Positions 35,560 through 46,070 of a DNA stretch of 64,000 bases are shown piece after piece (positions within the stretch are counted from its first letter, which is position 1; each line of letters opens with the position of its first letter). Below the pieces are notes generated by a model. The model saw only the letters and a list, made by a program, of their open reading frames with translations. It was not told the DNA's origin and did not search any database. The DNA comes from Diplonema japonicum (lineage: Eukaryota > Protista > Euglenozoa: Diplonemea), in the NCBI GenBank assembly GCA_964019335.1, contig OZ025742.1, positions 310,001 to 374,000 on the forward strand, read 5' to 3'. Made by a program: the position numbers and the translations under genes.

Positions 35560-36723
35560 ATGCCAAAGCGGAAAGCGAGCGTTCTCCAAGACAGGACAAA
35601 CACCACACCAGCAACATCAAAACACAATGTGGCAAGTGGGGCCAAACCGCATTGGACGGAATACCGGCCCACAAGGCTCGTAGACTTCTGCTTCGAGGAT
35701 GCAAAGGGGAGGGAAAGAGTGGCTGCCCTCCCCGCCAGCTACAAGGAGGCAAAGTATATGGGAAGCGGTGCCTTTGGTACCGTGCTGACCGCAGAGACAA
35801 ACGACAACAAGCGCATCGTGGTAAAGATGATAGAATGCGACACAGAAATTCAAATAGAGAGTGCGATTAGAGAGCTGCATAATCTGTGCTTCTTCACCTT
35901 CGAGGCCCCCCACAACCACATCATTCCCTTTGTGGACACATGGTTTGCAAACAATTCACTTTTCGTCTCGCTTCCTCGGTTCGAATTCCCGCTGGACGTC
36001 GTTTTAGAAAAAAAAATTGAAAAACCACTGGCGTGTATTCCAGGGAAAATAAGAGAAGATCTCACAGTACAACTCCTGGCGGCGGTTATCCACCTCCATC
36101 AGCTGGGAATTGTACACCGTGACTTAAAACCGAGCAACGTTGTTGTGAACAAGGATTTATCAGAATTGTGCGTAATCGACTTGGGGAGCTTGAGAAAACC
36201 TAGCGTTGCAGGTGAACAAGGTCCGCCGTTAACTCCCGCGAAAAATTGCATGACAGAGGGGTACTTCCCTCCTGAAACACTTGTTGGCGTTGAAAAATCT
36301 TATGGCAGGGAAGCTGACAACTTTGCTGTCGGGCTGACTCTTGCATCAATGATAACTGGGGGTGAAATATTTGAAGACAACGAGAAGGTTGAGGACAAGC
36401 TTGACTCGCTGAAGCTGGAAAAGAAACGGAGAGCTTTTGTTCGATCCCTGTTCCACGGCATCAGAGGTATTCCCGACAGGGAGATTGACTGCATAACTAG
36501 TCTCCTTGCAGCTCACCCGGCGGCTCGAGCTACATCTGTTCAAGTTTTTAGAAAACTCACGGGGTCAGACACCCCACCCCCACCTGATGTATTTTACGAC
36601 GAACCACAATATGAAATGGGCGACGAAAACAAGATGCTTGACACCCTCAAGCAAAAAGTTGCAAAGGCACGTAGTAAGTTGAAGCAACGGGAAAGGGAGA
36701 ACAGTTTGATAAGACGAGGCTGA
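35560..36723 (+). CDS. Ser/Thr protein kinase, divergent CMGC/MAPK-like
   Basis: GSGAFG, VVK, HRDLKPSN, DLG, YFPPE; ATG follows an A tract. Confidence 0.92.
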   Translation: MPKRKASVLQDRTNTTPATSKHNVASGAKPHWTEYRPTRLVDFCFEDAKGRERVAALPASYKEAKYMGSGAFGTVLTAETNDNKRIVVKMIECDTEIQIESAIRELHNLCFFTFEAPHNHIIPFVDTWFANNSLFVSLPRFEFPLDVVLEKKIEKPLACIPGKIREDLTVQLLAAVIHLHQLGIVHRDLKPSNVVVNKDLSELCVIDLGSLRKPSVAGEQGPPLTPAKNCMTEGYFPPETLVGVEKSYGREADNFAVGLTLASMITGGEIFEDNEKVEDKLDSLKLEKKRRAFVRSLFHGIRGIPDREIDCITSLLAAHPAARATSVQVFRKLTGSDTPPPPDVFYDEPQYEMGDENKMLDTLKQKVAKARSKLKQRERENSLIRRG

Positions 36724-36949
36724 GATTCTCTCTCTTCCCCCCCCCCCCCCCCCCCTTTCTTCCCTGCCCAACAGGATAGTAGTCCTGTAGGTTGATTTTT
36801 CTGCCCTCATTAGATTTGAGTTTTTTTTTTTTTGTATCTCCATTCCCCCCGCGCCTTTAGATTTTGCATTTTTTTTTTCTTTGTGGTGTTTTTTTTTTTT
36901 TTTTTTTTTTTTTTTATTATTATTACCGGATTCGTATTTATATTGTTAT

Positions 36950-38590
36950 CCCCTAAACGCCCGGGGCCTATCTACGGTACCCCCCCATTTTCGTTGTTGC
37001 TTTAAATACTCAAAAAAAGGGCAGCATGCAACCATAGGAAGGTGCAAGGAAAGGGTAAACGGTACTAAAATTTTCAATTCCAGGTGCCAGATTCAGATGA
37101 GAACACTTAACTATGTGTGTAAGAGGGGGGTTGAGGGTGTACTTTTTATGTCCGATTTTGGGGGGTCTAGTCGTGGGGGTCCGTGGAGTTATGGCTGGGC
37201 TAAAAAGGGCAGCATTCAGCCCTATTTGGTGCCCTGAACTCTAGGATTGAGGTCAGTCTGGAGACTTTTTGGGGCTGTGAGATGAAAATGTGGGATGAAA
37301 AAAGCAACTTGTGAGTTTTTTTTCCAGCTGGGGTAGCATGCAAGGGTAAAAAACACGTTTTGCATAAGGGGGTTTTGCAACAGGGGCACCACGTTTGCAC
37401 CTTCTTCCCCCCAGGTACAACATAGAGCACCCTCCTCACCTTCGTTCCGTTCATCATGGTCTCGGAGGTGTGATTTAGGGTCAAATCGAGACGTTTTGGG
37501 TATTTCTGAGTGAGGGAATCCTCATTGCTAGCGTGTTTGCGCTTGGGGGTCGGTGACGGTGTTGTCGGGGGTGTGTGCTATCGGTTTTTGGGGCATGGGT
37601 GAGAAGCTTGCCAACAAGTTCTTCTTTAAAGTTCGAGAAGCCATAATTTGTGCCACATTCCCTGTTCTCCTTCCAGATTATGAAGGAGTTGGCAACACAG
37701 CTTTCCAGGACCCAATAAAAAACGGCCATGGTCCACTTACGGGTTTTCATATGCCGAACCCCGATCCCCTGGAGCTGGTCATGCCGGTCGACCCCCCCCA
37801 TGTTGTTGTTGTAATCAATAACCTGGTAGGGACATTCCACCTTCCTGGTCTTCCACTTCCCCTTCTCCTTCTTCGAGCGTTCGACGCTCGTGTTTTCCCC
37901 CAGAGGCAAGGTGGACATGAAGAACACCTCGCGTGAGTCCATCCACCGGATGAGGTGCACCGGACCCTGCTGCAGCATCATCCACTGCCCCTCCCTGAGC
38001 TGCAGCTGCTTCTGCGCCTTTGTCATCCTCCCTGGCGTGTTCCTTTTCGGGCTGCGGAAGGAAGCCGGAATGCTCCGGCAGTTCCTCCTGCAGGTCGAGC
38101 AGGAGTGCATCTTGTTTTCGTATAGCTTCTGATGGAGCCCCAGGGAACAGAAGAAGTTGTCGAAGGCGATACTACGGTGGGTTCCCAGCCAGGGGTCGAC
38201 AGCACACATGACTAGGTCCTGTGTTGTGGACTTCTTGCTGCAAATGTTGAAATTCGCCAGGTAACCGTTTGTTGAGTCGCATGTAGCGATTACCTTGATG
38301 CCCACCGAGTTGTTTTTTCGTGGTGCCATGACTTTCATTGTTGTCCGCCCATCAAAGGGGATAACACTGTCGTCAACAGACAACCACTTGCCAGGGGTCC
38401 GCACAGTCCTACACCGGTTGACAATGATGTCAAGAAACCTGCGCATGAGGAGCAGTTTGTCTTCAGAGTCCTTACTGACGTTTTCTATGTTGTCAAAGGC
38501 GATGTGACGCTGGATGTCGACAAATCTGTTTCTGCCCATAGCTTTAAACGCCGGGATCGCTAAATTAACGTCCGCGCGGGCGTTTAGGGG
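36950..38590 (-). mobile_element. piggyBac transposon (5'-deleted transposase 37481-38539 plus frameshifted Cys-rich tail) with TTAT target duplication
   Basis: Perfect 14-bp TIRs CCCCTAAACGCCCG; TTAT at 36946-36949 and 38591-38594; SVDDSVIPF.GR, FDNFF, YNNNMGGVDRHDQ, CPCCKTPLCKTCF..H. Confidence 0.93.
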
Positions 38591-38773
38591 TTATGTGAAA
38601 AGTCCCAAATTGGGCAAAAAAATCGAAAAAAAGTATATAATATTTACACAACAGAACATAAAATTTACAAAAATAAAAAAATCCCAGAAAATATCCCCAA
38701 AAATAAAGAATCCCGAGACAAAAACAAAATACCCCCGGGGGGGGGGGGGGGGTATTACTGCAATTCTAGTTCA

Positions 38774-39789
38774 CTATTGCCTAGTCCTGCATGTAAAGCA
38801 CACCACATAGTCGCAGGACGGGCAGACCCTCCCGCGAGTGCTCATGTCATGCTCACCAGAGCATTCTGTGCACTCCCATCCTGATCTCTCCTTTCTAACC
38901 TGCTTGAGGGTTGTGCTGCAGTTGGGGCAGGGCACCCTCGTCACGTTGTTCGTTCGCTGGCTTGGGGTCACCTGGCTTGGTGCCGCTGCTTGGCTTGGGG
39001 CTGAGGCTTCTTGGTCAGGCATTTCTTCTTCTTCTTCTTCTTCTTCTTCTTCTTCTGCTTCTTCGTCAGAAGAAGGCGCATCAGAAATGGAAAGGAAAGC
39101 ACAAGGTGGTGTGTCACAATTAAAGACCAACGACCGAGGTATATTGTGTCCCACCATCGCGGCACCCACCTTCTCACGGAGGTGACGCCGTTGATCGGCG
39201 ATCTCATCTACAGCAACAACGGGCGGAGGTGGGCCGCCTGAGGCACAGGTTGTTCTTCTCACACCACCCGCGCGCCCACTCGTAGCCCAGGTCGTCGTCC
39301 GTGAGCTGCTGGCAGGAGATTGCAAGCCCTTGGGCGAGGCTTGAAACCCTGCGGTAGCTCAACGGGGCGCCGGCCTGTATCTGCTCCTTCACTGTTTCCC
39401 ACGGAGCAGCCTGTCTGTCTCACTTCTGAGGGTGGGCGGGCGACCGGCCGTTCTTTTCGGTGCAGACTCTTCCTCCCACCCCCACCATGGGCTATCTCGC
39501 GGGATCGCTTGCGTAGCTTAGCTGCGACGTCCTGTTTCGCCCGGTCAGCAACCGGCTTCGAGGCAGTCTTGTTGGGGTGCTTCTCGTTCCATTTCCGCGT
39601 TCCGGCTGAAGCTCACCCAGCTCCTCCTTCTGCCCCCGTCCACTTCTTGTTCTTTCGGGCAGGCTGGGGTTCCTCCAAGCGGGACATCACTTCCTCCACT
39701 GCCTGCCTGGCGGCTGGGGAGAGAGGAGCCTGTTGAAGCCCCTGCAATGCGTACCGATCACGGGCAGTCAAGAAGCCATAGAGCGACAT
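38774..39789 (-). pseudogene. Frameshifted pogo/CENP-B-type transposase remnant
   Basis: GYEWARGWCEKNNLCLRRPT (CENP-B HTH-like), IPRSLVFNCD (FNxDET-like), acidic tract, Cys-rich C-terminus. Confidence 0.7.
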
Positions 39790-40111
39790 GTTTATTCGGG
39801 TTGGATTCTTTTAAATGATTATTTATGTTGGAACTGCTTTAAGGTAAATAAGTAGGAAACCGTGACTTTGATTTTAGTGGGGCCTGTCCTGTGGGGGGGG
39901 GGGGGGGGGGGGGGGAGAAGCCAAAAATAATAAAAATAATTTTTTGTATTGTTCTGTAAAAAGTCCCAAGTTGGTTCAAAATCCGAAAAAAAGTACATAA
40001 TTTATACAGCACACCAAATCCCAGACCATTGTTAAAGCTGAACAACATAAATACAAATCCGGTATTATTATTAGTGGTGGGGATAACATGAAAATATAAG
40101 AAAAACATCAG

Positions 40112-41649
40112 ATGTGTTGTTCGCTGTTGACCTCCTCGTCGGTCATCACCGGTAGCGCCCGAGTGGAAGGGCTTCTCATCCTGCGCGAGCAGTCCCAGGG
40201 CCTTGACCAGGATGCCCTCGACCGAAGGCTCCTCCAGAGACGGATGGACCGCTACCTCAGTCTCTTGGTCTACTTCCGACAACGACCGGAGCTCTTGGAC
40301 GAACACCAGAGACGGATCCTGGCGGTCGGGTCCCTCCCGAAGCACCTGGACACCCCTCCACATCAACTGCTGCTCGAGGCTCGTGACGCGGTCAGAACTA
40401 CCGACCAACAAGTGACTGTCGCCAACCAAGAGCAACTACTTGTGAATGCGCACAACGCACTGCCTGAGTCCGAGCGTCTCCGGCTGTCTCACGAGTGGCA
40501 CTCGGGACTGAACACCCCGGTGCAGCAACATTGGTGGTCGGAGTTCTTCGCCCAAGGTGGATGGAAGCACCCGCTCTTTGGCTCCGAGACCCCAGGAGGC
40601 GATAAAGCTAGACCTTCGGGGAAGACCCCTCTCCTGATCACCTACAACGCACAGAGGAACAAACGCCCGGAGCCCGAGGACGGTCCCACACTCCCCGCGG
40701 CCAAGCGAGATCTCGCCGCGACGCGACCGAACACCAGGATCACTGGGCTCGTCGCCCTTCGGAGGCTCACCAAGGATGCAGGCGTCGACGGCCCTGAGGA
40801 CCTGGATGAGCTTCGGTATCTGGGCTTTCTTTCCAGGGGCGAGGCCACTTTTGACCCCAATTGCATGTCCAGGGCGTGCACTCACTTCTTGGGTGAGGCC
40901 CCCCTGGTCGCGGTCCCCCTCGACACACGGGTTGTGATCCCGTGCCTGCTGGTCTGTCACGGTTCGACGTGGCACTACGCATCCCACCAGGAACAAGGCT
41001 TTCTGCTGCAAACCCAAGGGTTCGGGGACAAGTCCTACTCGACCGTGGCAGCCCTGCTCGCTGACTTTGTAGGGGCCGGGACCCTCTATTACAACGAGTC
41101 GCAGTGGTCGACTGTCCTGCATTCCTACAACTAGGAACAATCGGAAACAACCCTACACAATGTAGGAGTGCCGGCCCGGCGTGCTACGAGGGCGATAGGC
41201 TATGCAAGGTTTCACAGACCTCGCACCCTATTATTTAGTTTCCACCCTTTCCATTTTCTTTCCAATTTTCCAATTTTAAACTTGTTATTACCCTTTCTGC
41301 TTTTTCCTTTTTCCTTTTCCTTTTCCTACATGTTTTCGGTCCCGGGTATGACGTTAAACTGCGTCCGCCGACGCGTCTGAACCAGCACTTCCTGGCGACC
41401 AGGCCGTCTTTTCTCTTTTCCTTCTTCACTTCGTTCCGTTATTTTCATCATTCTTTCCGGCGATAGACTGATACGGGCCATGGAAGCAACCTCTGCTTAA
41501 TTCCTGGTACGTGGGAGGCTCCTCTTGAGGATGTCAGTCACCTTTTTCCCTTTATATTCGTCTCTCTGTTTTCGTATGCAGTATTTATTCTTTTCCACCC
41601 CTTTTTATCTATTTCTCCGCTTCTCTATTCTAACTTAAAATCATTTCAG
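40112..41649 (+). mobile_element. Probable 5'-truncated retroelement: ORF tail 40112-41134 with OTU-like motifs, followed by structured 3' region family B
   Basis: No convincing start; FDPNCMSRA...TWHY; the downstream ~310 nt recurs at 52903-53217. Confidence 0.5.
41339..41649 (+). ncRNA. Structured repeat RNA family B, copy 1
   Basis: Core blocks identical to 52903-53217; compensatory changes in the variable hairpin. Confidence 0.6.
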
Positions 41650-41858
41650 CTACCCAGTCCACGCACAACAAGCTGATGGATTTGAAGGCCGCCTACACTT
41701 TCTTGAAGATGTTCGTTTCACAGTAGGTTTTTTTATTTTCTAGAGGTTCTTCTTCTTCATTTGACTCCTGCAGCCTTCGAGACAAAGCACACAGGGAAAA
41801 TACATTAGAAAAAAAGAAAAAGAAAGAAAAAAAAAAAAAAAAACAATATTAAAAGAAC

Positions 41859-44045
41859 ATGAATGGAAAGAGAGAGGGATCAGGTGAAGAGGTGAACGAT
41901 ATGACAGTGTTCGTGAAGACGGGAGGCGGGGTTCACGATGTGGAAGTGTCGGGGAAGGAGACAGTGGGGATCCTGTACAAGAAGGCGGGGTGTGCTGCTG
42001 GTTTACTCGAAGGCAAGTTCGAACTGGTTTGGGAGGGAGAGGTCCTGGACAGGAACGGGGGTGAAGATATCCAGGAACTCGGGCTCGTGGAGGGCAGCGT
42101 GGTCTATGTGGAGGCGAAGAAGATGAGAACCGTTCAGCTGGAGGAGCTTGAGAGCTCAGAAGTGGTTTCAGAGCTTGAGGAGCTTGTGACAGCTGACCCT
42201 GAGCTGGTTCTGGTGGTGGAGGTGGGGAACTCGCCAGCTGTCGAAGTCTTGTCCATGAAGACGACGGTCCTTCCTTCCGGACTTCGGTTCCTCGTTGTCA
42301 CCGACTCCACAGGCTGTGTTACAAGGATAGGCTCTGGGTTTCTTCGAGAGTGCGACCACCTGACGTCTGTTGATCTCATCCTCCCCAATGTTTCCACCAT
42401 TGGTGAAAATCTTTTATATGGGTGCAACAATCTAGAAACCATCAACTTGAATGCGATGACCAATCTTTCTTCCATTGGTAATCGCTTCTTGTTTGGGTGC
42501 GAAAAACTAGAAACCATCAACTTGAATGCGATGACCAATCTTTCTTCTATTGGTCGTTACTTCTTGTCTTTGTGCGAAAAACTAGAAACCATCGACTTGA
42601 ATGCGATGACCAATCTTTCTTCTATTGGTGATCGCTTCTTGTCTGAGTGCGTAGAACTAGAAACCATCAACTTGAATGCGATGACCAATCTTTCTTCCAT
42701 TGGTGATGGCTTCTTGGAAGGGTGCAAAAAACTAGAAACCATCGACTTGAATGCGATGACCAATCTTTCTTCTATTGGTTATAGCTTCTTGTCTGAGTGC
42801 GTAGAACTAGAAACCATCAACTTGAATGCGATGACCAATCTTTCTTCCATTGGTGATGGCTTCTTGTCTTGGTGCGAAAAACTAGAAACCATCGACTTGA
42901 ATGCGATGACCAATCTTTCTTCCATTGGTCATCGCTTCTTGTTTGGGTGCAAAAAACTAGAAACCATCAACTTGAATGCGATGACCAATCTTTCTTCTAC
43001 TGGTGATAGCTTCTTGGAAGGGTGCAAAAAACTAGAAACCATCGACTTGAATGCGATGACCAATATTTCTTCCATTGGTAATCGCTTCTTGTTTGGGTGC
43101 GAAAAACTAGAAACCATCGACTTGAATGCGATGACCAATCTTTCTTCTACTGGTGATAGCTTCTTGGAAGGGTGCAAAAAACTAGAAACCATCAACTTGA
43201 ATGCGATGACCAATCTTTCTTCCATTGGTGGTCGCTTCTTGTTTGGGTGCGAAAAACTAGAAACCATCGACTTGAATGCGATGACCAATCTTTCTTCCAT
43301 TGGTTATCGCTTCTTGTTTGGGTGCGAAAAACTAGAAACCATCGACTTGAATGCGATGACCAATCTTTCTTACATTAGTCATCGCTTCTTGTTTGGGTGC
43401 AAAAAACTAGAAACCATCAACTTGAATGCGATGACCAATCTTTCTTCCATTGGTGATGGCTTCTTGGAAGGGTGCGAAAAACTAGAAACCATCGACTTGA
43501 ATGCGACCAATCTTTCTTACATTGGTGGTAGCTTCTTGTTTGGGTGCAAAAAACTAGAAACCATAAACTTGAATGCGATGACCAATCTTTCTATCATTGG
43601 TGATCGCTTCTTGTTTAGGTGCGAAAAACTAGAAACCATCGACTTGAATGCGATGACCAATCTTTCTTACATTGGTGATAGCTTCTTGGAAGGGTGCAAA
43701 AAACTAGAAACCATCAACTTGAATGCGATGACCAATCTTTCTTCCATTGGTGATCGCTTCTTGTTTGGGTGCGAAAAACTAGAAACCATCGACTTGAATA
43801 CGTTGACCAATCTTTCTTCCATTGGTGATGGCTTCTTGGAGGGGTGCGTAAAACTAGAATCTGTCGACTTGAATTTAAAAAGAAAAAAAAGAAAAGTCGG
43901 TAAAAAAAGAGGGGAAAAAAAGAAGAAAAAAGAACACCCTGGCGCTGAAAACATCTTTGTGGAAAAACCAACGGAAAGCAATCCAATACCTCGAAGACAC
44001 CGGGGGCCTGCCCCCCTCCGCAACAACTCCACAACAACCATCTAA
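41859..44045 (+). CDS. Ubiquitin-like domain + BspA-type leucine-rich-repeat protein, 19 core repeats
   Basis: MTVFVKT..VEV...ETVG.L..FELVWEGEVL (Ubl-like); repeat LETIxLNAMTNLSSIGxxFLxxCxx; the tail after LNLKRK may reflect an A-tract frameshift. Confidence 0.9.
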   Translation: MNGKREGSGEEVNDMTVFVKTGGGVHDVEVSGKETVGILYKKAGCAAGLLEGKFELVWEGEVLDRNGGEDIQELGLVEGSVVYVEAKKMRTVQLEELESSEVVSELEELVTADPELVLVVEVGNSPAVEVLSMKTTVLPSGLRFLVVTDSTGCVTRIGSGFLRECDHLTSVDLILPNVSTIGENLLYGCNNLETINLNAMTNLSSIGNRFLFGCEKLETINLNAMTNLSSIGRYFLSLCEKLETIDLNAMTNLSSIGDRFLSECVELETINLNAMTNLSSIGDGFLEGCKKLETIDLNAMTNLSSIGYSFLSECVELETINLNAMTNLSSIGDGFLSWCEKLETIDLNAMTNLSSIGHRFLFGCKKLETINLNAMTNLSSTGDSFLEGCKKLETIDLNAMTNISSIGNRFLFGCEKLETIDLNAMTNLSSTGDSFLEGCKKLETINLNAMTNLSSIGGRFLFGCEKLETIDLNAMTNLSSIGYRFLFGCEKLETIDLNAMTNLSYISHRFLFGCKKLETINLNAMTNLSSIGDGFLEGCEKLETIDLNATNLSYIGGSFLFGCKKLETINLNAMTNLSIIGDRFLFRCEKLETIDLNAMTNLSYIGDSFLEGCKKLETINLNAMTNLSSIGDRFLFGCEKLETIDLNTLTNLSSIGDGFLEGCVKLESVDLNLKRKKRKVGKKRGEKKKKKEHPGAENIFVEKPTESNPIPRRHRGPAPLRNNSTTTI
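42432..43853 (+). repeat. Coding tandem array, 19 x 75 bp (one unit 72 bp)
   Basis: CTAGAAACCATCRACTTGAATGCGATGACCAATCTTTCT... recurs every 75 nt. Confidence 0.97.
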
Positions 44046-44322
44046 CCTGCTGAAGTAGCATGCCGATCAGAAGGCGGCTGAGGCACTTGTCATTTAATCA
44101 GAATCCCGAGATCCCATCCCTGATCCCCAAATAGAGAGTGTACCATCCTGTTTCTCGCGGAAACAGAGAACTAACTTAAAATCATTTCAGTAACCACTTC
44201 GTTCCGAATTTTTTTTCTTCAAAATGAAAAAATAAAGTGCTTTATTTTCCCTTGGGAAATATGGAAAACTTTATTTTTCCCGGCTCTAGCCAAAATTCCT
44301 TTAGAGGGAATCCAGAGAATAA

Positions 44323-44358
<36 letters not shown>

Positions 44359-44868
44359 AATTGTTTATCTTTCTTCTCCTTCCTCCTTCTCCCCCCCCCC
44401 CCCCTTTGGGTATCAAAAAAAGATTTTCAGAAAGCAGGGGTGAGAAGACCACATGGTATTAGAAGCATTTAAAAAAAAAAAAAAGAAGAAGAAGAAGAAG
44501 AAAAAAAGAGAACAAGGGACTGGTGTCCGGTAAAATTCTGCACATTTTCTTCTTCTTCTTTTTTGTTTTTGTTTTATAAAAAAAAATACCGTACCTACCC
44601 CCCCACCACCTCCCTCCCCCTCTATATTTTTTTTTTCTTTGTGTTTCTTTACTTTCTTTTTTTTTTTTTTCCTTTTCTTTCTTTGTTCCCTCCTTCTTTG
44701 TAGTCTGCTGTGTGGTTAAAAACCTTCTTCCCACATCATGGTTTTAATAGTTTCACAGTGAATAAGTTCTTCATTTGACTCCTGCAGCCTTCGAGACAAA
44801 GCACACAGGGAAAATACATTAGAAAAAAAGAAAAAGAAAGAAAAAAAAAAAAACAATATGAAAAGAAC

Positions 44869-45636
44869 ATGAATGGAAAGAGAGAGGGATCAGGTGAAGA
44901 GGTGAACGATATGACAGTGTTCGTGAAGACGGGAGGCGGGGTTCACGATGTGGAAGTGTCGGGGAAGGAGACGGTGGGGATCCTGTACAAGAAGGCGGGG
45001 TGTGCTGCTGGTTTACTCGAAGGCAAGTTCGAACTGGTTTGGGAGGGAGAGGTCCTGGACAGGAACGGGGGTGAAGATATCCAGGAACTCGGGCTCGTGG
45101 AGGGCAGCGTGGTCTATGTGGAGGCGAAGAAGATGAGAACCGTTCAGCTGGAGGAGCTTGAGAGCTCAGAAGTGGTTTCAGAGCTTGAGGAGCTTGTGAC
45201 AGCTGACCCTGAGCTGGTTCTGGTGGTGGAGGTGGGGAACTCGCCAGCTGTCGAAGTCTTGTCCATGAAGACGACGGTCCTTCCTTCCGGACTTCGGTTC
45301 CTCGTTGTCACCGACTCCACAGGCTGTGTTACAAGGATAGGCTCTTGGTTTCTTCAAGAGTGCGACCACCTGACGTCTGTTGATCTCATCCTCCCCAATG
45401 TTTCCACCATTGATGAAAATCTTTTATATGAGTGCAAAAATCTAGAAACCATCAACTTGAATGCGATGACCAATCTTTCTTCCATTGGTGATCGCTTCTT
45501 GGATGGGTGCGAAAAACTAGAAACCATCGACTTGAATACGTTGACCAATCTTTCTTCCATTGGTGATGGCTTCTTGGAGGGGTGCGTAAAACTAGAATCT
45601 GTCGACTTGAATTTAAAAAGAAAAGTCGGTGTTTAG
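44869..45636 (+). CDS. Tandem paralogue of the Ubl-LRR gene with only 2 core repeats
   Basis: N-terminal ~159 aa identical to the 41859 gene; shared upstream and downstream flanks. Confidence 0.9.
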   Translation: MNGKREGSGEEVNDMTVFVKTGGGVHDVEVSGKETVGILYKKAGCAAGLLEGKFELVWEGEVLDRNGGEDIQELGLVEGSVVYVEAKKMRTVQLEELESSEVVSELEELVTADPELVLVVEVGNSPAVEVLSMKTTVLPSGLRFLVVTDSTGCVTRIGSWFLQECDHLTSVDLILPNVSTIDENLLYECKNLETINLNAMTNLSSIGDRFLDGCEKLETIDLNTLTNLSSIGDGFLEGCVKLESVDLNLKRKVGV

Positions 45637-45809
45637 AAGAAGAAGAAGAAAAAGAGGGGAAAAAAAGAAGAAAAAAGAACACCCTGGCGCTGAGAAACAT
45701 CTTTGTAGAAAAACCAACGGAAAGCAATCCAATACCTCGAAGACACCGGGGACCTGCCCCCCTCCGCAACAACTCCACAACAACCATGCCGATCAGAAGG
45801 CGGCTGTTG

Positions 45810-46070
45810 TAATATGCACTTGGTGGGGGAGCGGGATGTCCTTTCTGGCTTTCGCAAACCCGCAAACCCGGGTTTGCGAGGACACCAGCCACGATACTTT
45901 GTAAAGCCTATCTTCGTAGAAGCCAGCACCCTTGTGTTTCACTATGAAAACACAAATTCCCCAGAATAGTCAAAATCGGTCTCTTGGCATGACGGCAGCG
46001 TACCCAGGGGTGTAGTTGAGAAACGTCGAGTCTGTGCGCCAGTAATCAGAATAATCTGGTTTTATCAAGA
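45810..46070 (-). pseudogene. piggyBac transposase fragment
   Basis: DYWRTDSTF..YAAVMPRDRF followed by frameshifted ILGNLCF. Confidence 0.6.

Larger units (their letters stand above)
36926..40062 (-). mobile_element. Degenerate pogo/Tc5-like DNA transposon containing a nested piggyBac
   Basis: 22-bp TIRs CCGGATTCGTATTTATATTGTT / rc CCGGATTTGTATTTATGTTGTT with TA on both sides; transposase remnants inside. Confidence 0.8.

Noticed and set aside
42432-43853. CRISPR array or diversity-generating retroelement
   Set aside because: The repeats are in-frame coding units with no unique spacers; there is no separate template repeat, and nearby RTs are LINE-type
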